From the NCBI GenBank assembly GCA_965215505.1, contig OZ244065.1:1056001-1120000 (forward strand): DNA of 64,000 nt. The letters run 5' to 3'. This stretch comes from Capsulimonadaceae bacterium. Lineage in GTDB: Bacteria; Armatimonadota; Armatimonadia; Armatimonadales; Capsulimonadaceae. This document shows, piece by piece, positions 38,054 to 46,565 of this stretch. The translations under genes and the position numbers were made by a program. The notes beneath the pieces are model-generated. The model ran no database searches. It had not been told where the DNA came from and saw only the letters and a list, made by a program, of their open reading frames with translations. Every line of letters starts with the position of its first letter. The first letter of the stretch is position 1.

Positions 38054-38082
38054 ATTATACACGGTCGGGGTTGGGGCGTCAA
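38054..38082 (-). promoter_or_regulatory. sigma70 promoter for the small gene and probably sigH
   Basis: TTGACG-17 nt-TATAAT. Confidence 0.75.
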
Positions 38083-38186
38083 CCCTTTTTCCCGTCTTCG
38101 GCGGCGTGTTTTCGCGGATTGTCCCGCAAACGGGACAATCCAGGCGGAATCGGGGCGATTTGGAGGTGAATCCAGGGAATCCGGGG

Positions 38187-38705
38187 CTATTTGCCCGCGA
38201 CGTCGGGCAACTCACGCCGGTAGCTCGTCGCGCCGGTGATGGTGTTTATGGCGGAGTGGTAGGCGGGGAACGAGTACAGCTCGGACCCGACCGTCCCGCC
38301 GCTGACCAGGGCGGCGGACGCCTCGCGCTGCGGGTCGGAAGTGACGAGGGCGGAGACCAGTCCGTGGGCGAGTATCATGCCCGCCGCGATCCCCCCGACC
38401 ATGCCGAACAGCCGGTCGAAGAGTCCGGCCTCGAACTGGGTCAAGCCGTGGCAGTACCAGGCGATGCCGAGGCAGAGCGCGCCGAGGAGGATGAAAAGAA
38501 GCCCGAACGCCCAGCTCCGGTTCAGGGCGGCCCCGCCGGCGCTGAGTGTGACGTGGGAGACCGCGAGCGGCGTGAGGAGGGAGGCGAGCCAGAGGGCGGC
38601 GTACAGGCCCAGGGCGTCGAAGGAGGCGCGGCCGAAGCCGTGCTTCAGGCCCAGCCCGGCGGCCCCGGCGATCAGTGCCAGCAGCAGGATGTCAAGCCAG
38701 TTCAT
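38187..38705 (-). CDS. CvpA (colicin V production) family membrane protein
   Basis: MNWLDILLL...G..HGF; FDRLFGMVGG; four TMs. Confidence 0.8.
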   Translation of the reverse strand: MNWLDILLLALIAGAAGLGLKHGFGRASFDALGLYAALWLASLLTPLAVSHVTLSAGGAALNRSWAFGLLFILLGALCLGIAWYCHGLTQFEAGLFDRLFGMVGGIAAGMILAHGLVSALVTSDPQREASAALVSGGTVGSELYSFPAYHSAINTITGATSYRRELPDVAGK

Positions 38706-38768
38706 GCCGCCATTGTCGGCGGATTTGCGGGGATACGAGAGGGGGAGAAGATATGTGCCGCTGCCATG

Positions 38769-38777
38769 TGCTATAAT
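38769..38777 (+). promoter_or_regulatory. extended -10 promoter of rnpB
   Basis: TG-C-TATAAT, 7 nt before the P1 helix. Confidence 0.7.
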
Positions 38778-38784
38778 CACCCCC

Positions 38785-39186
38785 GAAGTCATCCGGGTGG
38801 CCGCTGCGCGCGCCGCCGGGCGCGTGTCAGAGGAAAGTCCGGACTCCACAGGGCGACGATGCCGGCTAACGGCCGGGCGGGGTGACCCGCCGGAAAGTGC
38901 CACAGAAACATACCGCCGCGCCCTTTCTTTCATGTAAGAGGCGCGGTAAGGGCGAAATGGTGCGGCCCTTCGGGGCTTAAAGTAAGAGCGCACCGGGTCG
39001 GCGGAGACGCCGATGCCGGGTAAACCCCATCGGGAGCAAGGCCGGAGGGCGCGGCCAGAGTTTTCCCGTCCCCGCCTGGAACGGCGGGAAAGCGACGCGC
39101 CCCTTTGCGCCGCTAGAGGCGTCGGGAAACCGGCGTCCCAGAGAGATGGCCACACAAACACAGAACCCGGCTTACAGGGTGGCTTC
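38785..39186 (+). ncRNA. rnpB: RNase P RNA, bacterial type A
   Basis: GAGGAAAGTCCGGACTCC, AGTGCCACAGAAA, GGTAAACCCC, GAGCAAG and ACAGAACCCGGCTTA; P1 pairing GAAGTCATCC/GGGTGGCTTC. Confidence 0.97.
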
Positions 39187-39196
39187 ACCAAGAGGG

Positions 39197-39232
39197 AAGG
39201 CCCGCGCGTCACACGACGCGCGGGCCTTGTTT
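39197..39232 (+). terminator. rnpB intrinsic terminator
   Basis: AAGGCCCGCGCGTC-ACAC-GACGCGCGGGCCTT-GTTT. Confidence 0.85.
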
Positions 39233-39283
39233 CATGGGACGGTCCGCTGAAGACGGGCGAAAATCGGGTATGTTAATGTTTCC

Positions 39284-39922
39284 ATGAACGACCTTTCAAC
39301 TCACACAGGCGCGGAGCCGACCCGGCGGGACCAGCAGGCGCGGGAGACACGGGCGCGGCTGATCGAGGCCGCACTGACCTTGTTTGCCCGGAACGGGGTC
39401 AGCAGCACGCCCATCAAGGACATCGCGCGGGAGGCAGGCGTCGCGCAGGGGCTTCTGTATCACTACTTCGCGAGCAAGGACGACCTGCTGTGGGGCGTTC
39501 TGGAGGCGGACACGTTCCTGCCGCATCTGGAGGAGGTCTTCGGCGGCAGCGAGGGGCGGCCCGCCGGGGAGGTGCTTACGGAAGTCGCGCTTCGTTTCGA
39601 CGCGTTTTTGGCGGACCGGCAGCCGATGATGCGCCTGATTCTGGGCGAGCTTCAGTCCAACCCACGCATCCAGGTGCTCTGGGAAGATGGGATACGGCGG
39701 GAAGAACACGTCCTTCAGGCGTTTCTTCGGGCGAGGGCGCAGACCGGCGAGCTGCGGGAGCATGACGTCGAGGTCACGACTCGCATGCTGATGTACGGGG
39801 TCGTGCTGCTGCACCTGCCCGGCGGCCGGACGGCGGGCGGTAATCAGGCGTTCCTGCGCGCCATGGTGGAGACACTGATGCGTGGCATCGCCGCCGAACT
39901 CCCCTCTCCCGCCAAAAAATGA
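39284..39922 (+). CDS. TetR/AcrR family transcriptional regulator
   Basis: HTH region IAREAGVAQGLLYHYFASKDDL. Confidence 0.93.
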   Translation: MNDLSTHTGAEPTRRDQQARETRARLIEAALTLFARNGVSSTPIKDIAREAGVAQGLLYHYFASKDDLLWGVLEADTFLPHLEEVFGGSEGRPAGEVLTEVALRFDAFLADRQPMMRLILGELQSNPRIQVLWEDGIRREEHVLQAFLRARAQTGELREHDVEVTTRMLMYGVVLLHLPGGRTAGGNQAFLRAMVETLMRGIAAELPSPAKK

Positions 39923-39946
39923 AGTGCGCCCGTGCGGCGCTCCCGC

Positions 39947-40000
39947 TTGACATGACCCGTGCGGTATGGTAAGATGGGCGCAGTTGAACGGAAGTTCAAC
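39947..40000 (+). promoter_or_regulatory. sigma70 promoter with probable TetR operator
   Basis: TTGACA-17 nt-TAAGAT with extended -10 TG, followed by the perfect palindrome GTTGAAC-GGAA-GTTCAAC at 39983-40000. Confidence 0.75.
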
Positions 40001-40098
40001 GAGCGCGATTAGTCCGGCGTCAGGCGGGACTATTTTTTGCGGCCTTCTGTTGGTTGGTTGTTCAATCAATAAAAGGCCGCCTGGAAAGAAGACGGACC

Positions 40099-40602
40099 AT
40101 GACACGCAAAGGGACAGCTCTCCTCAGAAAGAAATGCCTCCTCGGCCCCGCATTCACCGCCCTGCTGCTGGCGGCACACCCGATCGGGGCACAGCAGAAG
40201 CCGGCGGCCGTCGCCGCCGTCACCGTCGCCGTCAGCGGCGTTCACGACCGCGACGGCGTCCTACGGGTCAACCTGTACCGGAGCGCCGACGGGTTCCCGG
40301 CGGACACGGCGAAGGCCTACCAGAAGCGGGACATCGTGCTGAAGTCGCTCGCGCCGAACGCGCCGCTCGACCCCCTCCGCGTCTCGTTCACGGGCCTGCC
40401 GCCGGGCACCTACGCGGTCTGCTCCATCCACGACAGCAACAGCAACAATAAGCTGGACACCAACTTTCTCGGCATCCCCCGTGAAGACTGGGCCGTCTCG
40501 AATGATGCCCGCCCCCGGTTCCGCTCCCCCCACTTCGATGAAGCGCAGTTCACGGTCGGGGCGGGCGAGACAAAGGCGATCGCTTTCCGGGTGCGCCACT
40601 AG
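40099..40602 (+). CDS. DUF2141 family secreted protein
   Basis: Signal peptide; LPPGTYAV..HDSNSNNKLDTNFLGIP.E...SN motif. Confidence 0.88.
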   Translation: MTRKGTALLRKKCLLGPAFTALLLAAHPIGAQQKPAAVAAVTVAVSGVHDRDGVLRVNLYRSADGFPADTAKAYQKRDIVLKSLAPNAPLDPLRVSFTGLPPGTYAVCSIHDSNSNNKLDTNFLGIPREDWAVSNDARPRFRSPHFDEAQFTVGAGETKAIAFRVRH

Positions 40603-40629
40603 GAGTGCGCCACTAGAATGGACTGAACG

Positions 40630-42288
40630 ATGCCCGCAGCGCTCCCTCAGACTGATCGCCGCGCCGGACGCCGCCCGGAACGGCTTCCCAAGCCCCCGCC
40701 GGAGGTGCCCGAAACCGGCGGACCTGTCGCGCCGCTCAACAAGTACCGGTGGATCATCCTCATCGGCCTGGTCACCTCGGCCATTTTGGAGGTCATGGAC
40801 ACCACGATTGTCAATGTCGCCCTGCCGCGCATGTCCGGCAACTTCGGGGCGACCTCCGACGAGATCGCCTGGGTGTCTACCGGCTACATTCTGTCCAACG
40901 TCGTCGTCCTGCCGATGACCGCCTGGCTCTCCCTGCGGATCGGACGCAAGCGCTACCTGTCGCTTTCCATCGGCGTCTTCATCCTGGCGTCGTTTTTGTG
41001 CGGCCTTTCGCACAGCCTGATCGAGATCGTGGCCTTCCGCGTGCTGCAAGGAGGGGCGGGCGCGGCCCTGATCTCCACGGCTCAGGCGACGCTGGTCGAG
41101 ATCTTCCCCGCAAATCAGCAGAGCATGGTACAGGGCTTCTTCGGGCTGGGCCTGGGCGTCGGCCCGGCCGTCGGCCCGCTGATCGGCGGCTGGCTCACCG
41201 ACAACTACTCGTGGAGCTGGTGCTTTTTCATTAACATCCCCATCGGCATGGCCGCCCTGACTCTGGTCGGCCTGTTCTTGCAGGACGCGCCGCAGCCGGG
41301 TGGCGATGTGGCCCGCCACACCCCCATTGACGGCATGGGGATCGGCCTGCTGGCGATCGGCCTAGGGGCGCACCAGTATGTACTGGAAGAAGGCAAGCGG
41401 CTGGACTGGTTTGACAGCGGTCTCATCAAAGAGCTGACGGTCGTGGCGGCGATCGGCCTGGCGCTGTTCCTGTACTGGGAGCTGCGCCGGGGCAACAGGC
41501 ACCCCGTCCTGGACCTGCGCGTCTACCGCGACAGGGGGCTTGCGGCGAGCGTCGCGCTGGCATTCGCGCAGGGCTTCGCGCTGTACGGGATTCTGTTCCT
41601 GTTCCCCCTGTACTCGCAGAACGTTTTGGGCTTCTCGCCGACCGAGACGGGGCTGGTGCTGCTGCCGCAGGGGCTGGTGATCGCCGTGTCCATCGGGGCA
41701 AGCTCGACCGCGATGGAGAAAGGCGCGGACCCGCGCCCGGTCATCCTGACGGGGCTTGCGGTCGGGGCGGTCGGCCTGTGGCTGCTGGGGCACCTGACGG
41801 CGGCGAGCGGCATCCCGGACTGCCGGCTCGCGCTGATGACGGCGGGCTTCGGGATCGGCTGCCTGTTCATCCCGCTGACGCTGACGGCGTTCGCGGGCCT
41901 CCAAGGCCCGCAGATCGCCACGGGGTCGTCGCTGCTGAACTTGGGCCGGCAGATCGGCGGCTCGGTCGGCATCGCGTTCCTGAACACATGGGTCACGAAC
42001 GCGGCGGTCACGTCGCGGTCGGCCATCGTCGCGCACATCACCTCCGGGCAGGCGCTGTTCACGGACCGGCAGGACTCGCTCACGCACGCCTTTGTCGGGC
42101 AGGGCTACGGCCATGCCGCCGCGTCGGCGGCGGCCCTCAGAGTGATTGACGGCGCGGTGCAGACTCAGGCCACCGTGATCGCATATGAGACCGCGTTTTT
42201 GGTTTCCGGCGCGGTGTTCGTGCTGGCCCTGCCGCTGGTCTTTTTTCTGAAGAAGGGCGATGCGTCTAAAGCCGGCGGGGGGCACTGA
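40630..42288 (+). CDS. DHA2 (EmrB/QacA) family MFS efflux pump
   Basis: DTTIVNVALP, FRVLQG, GPLIGGWLTD and WCFFINIPIG motifs; about 14 TMs. Confidence 0.93.
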   Translation: MPAALPQTDRRAGRRPERLPKPPPEVPETGGPVAPLNKYRWIILIGLVTSAILEVMDTTIVNVALPRMSGNFGATSDEIAWVSTGYILSNVVVLPMTAWLSLRIGRKRYLSLSIGVFILASFLCGLSHSLIEIVAFRVLQGGAGAALISTAQATLVEIFPANQQSMVQGFFGLGLGVGPAVGPLIGGWLTDNYSWSWCFFINIPIGMAALTLVGLFLQDAPQPGGDVARHTPIDGMGIGLLAIGLGAHQYVLEEGKRLDWFDSGLIKELTVVAAIGLALFLYWELRRGNRHPVLDLRVYRDRGLAASVALAFAQGFALYGILFLFPLYSQNVLGFSPTETGLVLLPQGLVIAVSIGASSTAMEKGADPRPVILTGLAVGAVGLWLLGHLTAASGIPDCRLALMTAGFGIGCLFIPLTLTAFAGLQGPQIATGSSLLNLGRQIGGSVGIAFLNTWVTNAAVTSRSAIVAHITSGQALFTDRQDSLTHAFVGQGYGHAAASAAALRVIDGAVQTQATVIAYETAFLVSGAVFVLALPLVFFLKKGDASKAGGGH

Positions 42289-42311
42289 GCAGAGCCATTA
42301 AGGAGAAGAAT

Positions 42312-42590
42312 ATGAACACTGACGAGGCTGCCGCCTGCCCCTGTGCGGACGACTGGACGGCGATCGAGGCACGTTTCCAGCGTGCCAAACAAACGCTGCT
42401 GGAAGCGCAGCAGCGGCACTGCGACGCCGCCCACGAGTTTCTGCTGGCCCGCGCTCAGGTGCGGCAGATGCTGGAAGCGGTCTTTCCAGGCTCCCCCGGC
42501 GCAGAGGCGGCCCCAAGTCGGTCGGTTCCAGGGACGGGCGGCGGTAGGGCTGCCGCGAGGCAACCAGGAATACGCCCGAAGCACACCTGA
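42312..42590 (+). CDS. small hypothetical helical protein
   Basis: Strong SD (TAAGGAG) and position within the operon. Confidence 0.55.
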   Translation: MNTDEAAACPCADDWTAIEARFQRAKQTLLEAQQRHCDAAHEFLLARAQVRQMLEAVFPGSPGAEAAPSRSVPGTGGGRAAARQPGIRPKHT

Positions 42591-42607
42591 TCGTCAACGA
42601 ATCATTC

Positions 42608-42645
42608 ACAAGACCACTCGCAAGGAACAAGACCACTCGCAAGAA
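42608..42645. repeat. 19-bp tandem duplication (1 mismatch) upstream of the P450
   Basis: ACAAGACCACTCGCAAGGA / ACAAGACCACTCGCAAGAA. Confidence 0.85.
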
Positions 42646-42658
42646 AGAGACCGACCCG

Positions 42659-43894
42659 ATGCCAGACCCAAACGCCGCCGAACAGTTCGACCCGCGCAGC
42701 CCGCGATTCACCGCCGACTGGTTCACGCTCCTCGCGCAGATGCGCTCCGAAACTCCCGTGACATTCCTCCCGGCGCTTGATGTTTACGCCGTGACTCGGT
42801 GGCAGGAAGTGCGCGACGTTTTGGGTGACCCCGTGACGTTCGCCTCCTCCGAGGCGTTCAGCGCGGGGGTACACCTCGCGCCCGAAGCCACCGCCCTTTA
42901 TCCTCTCACGTCGCCGCTGTTCGCGTACAACCTGATCAACGTGGACAAACCGCTCCACAAGCGCCTGCGTGACCCGCTCATGGCGGCGTTCTCCCTCAAG
43001 CGCGTCCAGTCGCTCGCCCCGCTGGTGACGGCGGACATCGAAAACCTGCTCGACTCGGTCGCGGCGTCGGGCGGTCAGACGGACCTCCTGGCCGCCTTCT
43101 GCAAGCCGCTCCCGCTGCGGACGATCTGCCGGCTCCTCGGCGTCCCGGTGGCGGACGCCGACAAGCTGCGCGGCTGGTCGGACGCGCTCATCGCCTTCCA
43201 GACACCTGGCCTGCCCGTCGAGGTGCAGGTCGGCGCGGCACACGGCCTGCTGGCGCTGGAAGACTACATCCGCAAAATCATCGCCCAGAAGACCGCGACG
43301 CCGGACGACGGCTTGATCTCCGCGCTGGTCGCGGGCCGCGCCGCTGGGGAGAACGACCTGTCGGAGGCTGAGCTGGTGGCGGACATCGGCGTCGTCTTTT
43401 TTGCCGGACACGAGACCACCATCAACACACTCGCCAATGCGTTCCACTCGCTGTTGATCCAGCGCGACCAGTGGGAAGCGGTCGTATCGGGAGCTGTGGA
43501 CGCCGAAGCTCTGACTGATGAACTTCTGCGCCACGATACATCGGTGATGGGCTTGTACCGACGCGCCACCGTGGATGTCGTCATCGGCGGCGTTCCCGTA
43601 CCGCAGGGCGCGACGCTCTGGGTATCCTACGGCGCGGCCAACCGCGACCCTGCCAAGTTCGACGCGCCGGAAACGCTTCGGTGCGGGCGTGAGAACGCTC
43701 GCCAGCATTTGACGTTCGGCTCCGGCGTTCACTACTGCGTCGGGCCGCTGCTCGCCCGCCTGCAAGTGCGCGAGGCGGTGACCAGTGCCGCACGCCGTTT
43801 CCCGGCCATGCGTCTTGCGCCGGGCGCATCGGTGCCGGAAATCCCGCACCATGGCCTTCGCGCTCCGATCACGCTTCCGGTGCTGCTGACGTAG
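42659..43894 (+). CDS. cytochrome P450
   Basis: I-helix AGHETT; ExxR (ELLR); heme motif FGSGVHYCVG. Confidence 0.96.
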   Translation: MPDPNAAEQFDPRSPRFTADWFTLLAQMRSETPVTFLPALDVYAVTRWQEVRDVLGDPVTFASSEAFSAGVHLAPEATALYPLTSPLFAYNLINVDKPLHKRLRDPLMAAFSLKRVQSLAPLVTADIENLLDSVAASGGQTDLLAAFCKPLPLRTICRLLGVPVADADKLRGWSDALIAFQTPGLPVEVQVGAAHGLLALEDYIRKIIAQKTATPDDGLISALVAGRAAGENDLSEAELVADIGVVFFAGHETTINTLANAFHSLLIQRDQWEAVVSGAVDAEALTDELLRHDTSVMGLYRRATVDVVIGGVPVPQGATLWVSYGAANRDPAKFDAPETLRCGRENARQHLTFGSGVHYCVGPLLARLQVREAVTSAARRFPAMRLAPGASVPEIPHHGLRAPITLPVLLT

Positions 43895-43926
43895 AACAAT
43901 CATGTGAACTTGAAGGAGTGACTGCC

Positions 43927-44893
43927 ATGACCGAGAGAATCAATTCGACCCTTGATGTGCTGAAGGGCCACCTGACCGGGGCAGCCGCCAAGAGGGGCGT
44001 GGAGGCGATCCGGCAGTGGGAGGCCGATCTGGAGGAGGCCGACTGGCGCGGGTCCAAGAGTATCCATGCCGACTTGGTCAAGCTGCGCCGCCACCTGGAA
44101 AGCGGCGTTCTGGACGGCGTCGTTGTCGGCGCGCTGCTGGTCAAGCTGGGCGGGTCCACCGTGTACGCCGCCGCGCACACCGAGGGCCACACCGGCGGCA
44201 AGCTGGAGAGCCTGGGGCGGGCGCTCGTGCAGGCCGGCAAGGGACTACGCGCCGATGTCGGGCAGAGCATGCGGGGCCGTGAGCTTGGGCTGGCGCGTGA
44301 GGAGCTGCGCGCCAAAGACCCGGTGCTGCGCGGCCTGATCGACGCCAACCCTGAACTCGACGTTGATGCCTGGCGGCAGTCGCTCCCGGTGAAGGGTCTT
44401 TTCGAGGCCCTCCTGTTCCAGATCGTGGGGCAGCAGATCTCGGTGTCCGCCATGAACGCCATCTACACCCGTCTGCGCGCACTCTTCCCCGGCGGCAAGC
44501 CCGACCCAGAAATCCTCGCAGGAACCCCCGGCGACGTGCTGCGGGGCATTGGCCTCTCGGCGCGCAAGGCCGAGTACGCCAGGGACCTCGCGCGGCGTGC
44601 GGTCGCGGGGGAGCTTGACGGGATGGCGGACCTCCCCCACGAGGAGGCGCGGAAGAGGCTCGTTTCCTTCCGGGGCATCGGCCCTTGGACCGCTGACGGG
44701 GCCCTGCTCATCGCGTTCGGCTGGTCCGATGTCCTCGTTGCGGGGGACTTGGTGCTGCGTAAGGCGGTCCAGCGAGCCTACGGCCTCCCCGCCCTCGGAG
44801 AAAGAGGTCGAGGCGATCGGGGAGCGGTGGAAACCGCACCGCACGCTCGCTGCGGGCTATCTCTTCGAGTCGATGGGACTCGCAACCATCTAG
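43927..44893 (+). pseudogene. AlkA-type DNA-3-methyladenine glycosylase with an N-terminal helical fusion; frameshifted near the C-terminus
   Basis: IVGQQIS and HhH GIGPWTA...GDL are in one frame; the conserved tail ERWKPHRTLAAGYL is in the +1 frame ending at 44893. Confidence 0.75.
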
Positions 44894-44900
44894 GCCGTGA

Positions 44901-45488
44901 TCAGCGCTGATCGGGGGGCTTCGTCTTGCGGGGCCGTGGGTGGCGCTCGTCGGAGATGACATCGGGGGCGGCGGCCAGCAGGGCGGTCAGGTAAGCGATC
45001 TCCGCTTCAAGCCGGTATTCAAAGTGCCGGAGCGCCCACTGCTTGGCCACGCCGATATACTCCCTTGCTTCCTCACCGATGTGCTTGATCTCCGCCAGCC
45101 GCGCCTGCATCTCCTCCAGGCGTTCAGAAAGGACCGAGGGCAGCGTGTCTAGGAGTTCGGGGTCGAGCCGCGTGAGTGCGAGGTCGAAGGGATCAAACTT
45201 GAACTCGATCTCACTGAGGCCCTCGCGGCGAAGTGCGGCGAGGGTAGTACGTCCCTCCTCGGTTATCTCATAGAGCTGGCGGACCGGCCGGTTCCCTGCG
45301 CGCTCGCGGCCCGCCTCCCGCAGCAGGCCCTCAGAGGTGAGCCGCTTCATCGCCCCGTAGACCGCGCCGACGGTGATGTCGGTCCACAAGTGGACGCGGT
45401 TGCGCTCGGCTTCGAGACGCAGGCGATGACCGTGCATCGGGCCGAGTTCGGCGAAGGACGAGAGGATGAATAATCGGATGGAGGACAT
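44901..45488 (-). CDS. PadR family transcriptional regulator
   Basis: GPMHGHRL, GAVYGAMKRL and YEITEEGR motifs. Confidence 0.9.
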   Translation of the reverse strand: MSSIRLFILSSFAELGPMHGHRLRLEAERNRVHLWTDITVGAVYGAMKRLTSEGLLREAGRERAGNRPVRQLYEITEEGRTTLAALRREGLSEIEFKFDPFDLALTRLDPELLDTLPSVLSERLEEMQARLAEIKHIGEEAREYIGVAKQWALRHFEYRLEAEIAYLTALLAAAPDVISDERHPRPRKTKPPDQR

Positions 45489-45545
45489 ATTGCTTTCGTG
45501 CGAGTAATCGGGTACTATGCTTCTAATTGCTCTTGTAAGAGTAAT
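45489..45545. promoter_or_regulatory. two probable PadR operator palindromes
   Basis: ATTGCTT-N6-GAGTAAT (45489-45508) and ATTGCTC-N6-GAGTAAT (45526-45545) between divergent genes. Confidence 0.6.
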
Positions 45546-45607
45546 CGTGTCAACGCCGGGGGCCGCTCTTACAGTATACCTGTATCGGCAAGAGGAAGGA
45601 TTTCAAG

Positions 45608-46501
45608 ATGCGTGTCTTTTTGACCGGAGCCACAGGCTTCGTCGGTTCCGCCATCATCCCGGAACTCATCAACGCGGGGCATCAGGTACTTGGATTAACA
45701 CGGTCGGAGGCCGGTGCCCAATCTCTGGCCGCCGCCGGAGCCGGGGTGCATCGGGGGGACCTTGAAGACCTGGAAAGTCTGCGGAGCGGGGCGGCGGCCT
45801 CGGACGGCGTGATCCACTGCGGCTTTAACCATGACTTTTCTAAGTTTGTGGAGAATTGCGAGGCAGACCGACGCGCCATCGAGGCGATGGGTTCCGTGCT
45901 TGTCGGCTCCGACCGGCCCCTGCTCATCACCTCCGGGACCGGAATGGGGAGCGCCGCGCCGGGTCAGCCCGCGACCGAAGACTACTTCGACGCCGACAAC
46001 CCGAACCCTCGCAAAGCTTCGGAAGAGGCCGGCGCTTCCGTGGCGGGCCGTGGCGTGAACGTGTCCGTAGTGCGGCTTCCCCAGGTCCACGACCCCGTCA
46101 AGCAGGGCCTCATCTCCCCCCTGGTTCAGATCGCCCGTGAGAAGGGAGTCTCGGCCTATGTGGGCGACGGCCTCAACCGCTGGCCGGCGGCACACGTCAG
46201 CGACGTCGCCCGTCTGTATCGGCTGGCCCTGGAGAAGCAGGAGGCGGGCAGCAGATACCACGCAGTCGCGGAAGAGGGGGTCGCAGTCCGGGAGATCGCG
46301 GAAGTCATCGGCCGGGGCTTGAAGGTGCCGGCGGTCAGCCTTTCGCCGGAGGAAGCCCCGGACCATTTCGGATGGCTCGGCGCGTTCGTCGGGTACGACC
46401 TTCCCGCGTCGAGCGCGCAAACGCAGGAACGGCTGGGATGGCACCCGACCGGGCCGGGGCTGCTCGCCGATCTCGAACAGATGCGATACTTCAAGGCCTA
46501 A
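45608..46501 (+). CDS. atypical SDR / NAD-dependent epimerase-dehydratase
   Basis: TGATGFVG Rossmann motif; NRWPAAHVSDVARLYRLALE. Confidence 0.9.
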   Translation: MRVFLTGATGFVGSAIIPELINAGHQVLGLTRSEAGAQSLAAAGAGVHRGDLEDLESLRSGAAASDGVIHCGFNHDFSKFVENCEADRRAIEAMGSVLVGSDRPLLITSGTGMGSAAPGQPATEDYFDADNPNPRKASEEAGASVAGRGVNVSVVRLPQVHDPVKQGLISPLVQIAREKGVSAYVGDGLNRWPAAHVSDVARLYRLALEKQEAGSRYHAVAEEGVAVREIAEVIGRGLKVPAVSLSPEEAPDHFGWLGAFVGYDLPASSAQTQERLGWHPTGPGLLADLEQMRYFKA

Positions 46502-46565
46502 CTTCACAGCCTGAACGGACTGCCCCGGACCTAGTCTTCCAAGGCTGAGTCCGGGGACAGAAAGA

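Noticed and set aside
39181..39190. ACCA end suggesting a tRNA
   Set aside because: It is the 3' flank of RNase P RNA; no cloverleaf or T-loop motif.
38706..39212. N-terminal extension of the CvpA ORF to 341 aa
   Set aside because: Overlaps rnpB on the opposite strand; the family start is MNWLD at 38705.
42602..43903. 433-aa minus-strand ORF
   Set aside because: Antisense shadow of the P450.
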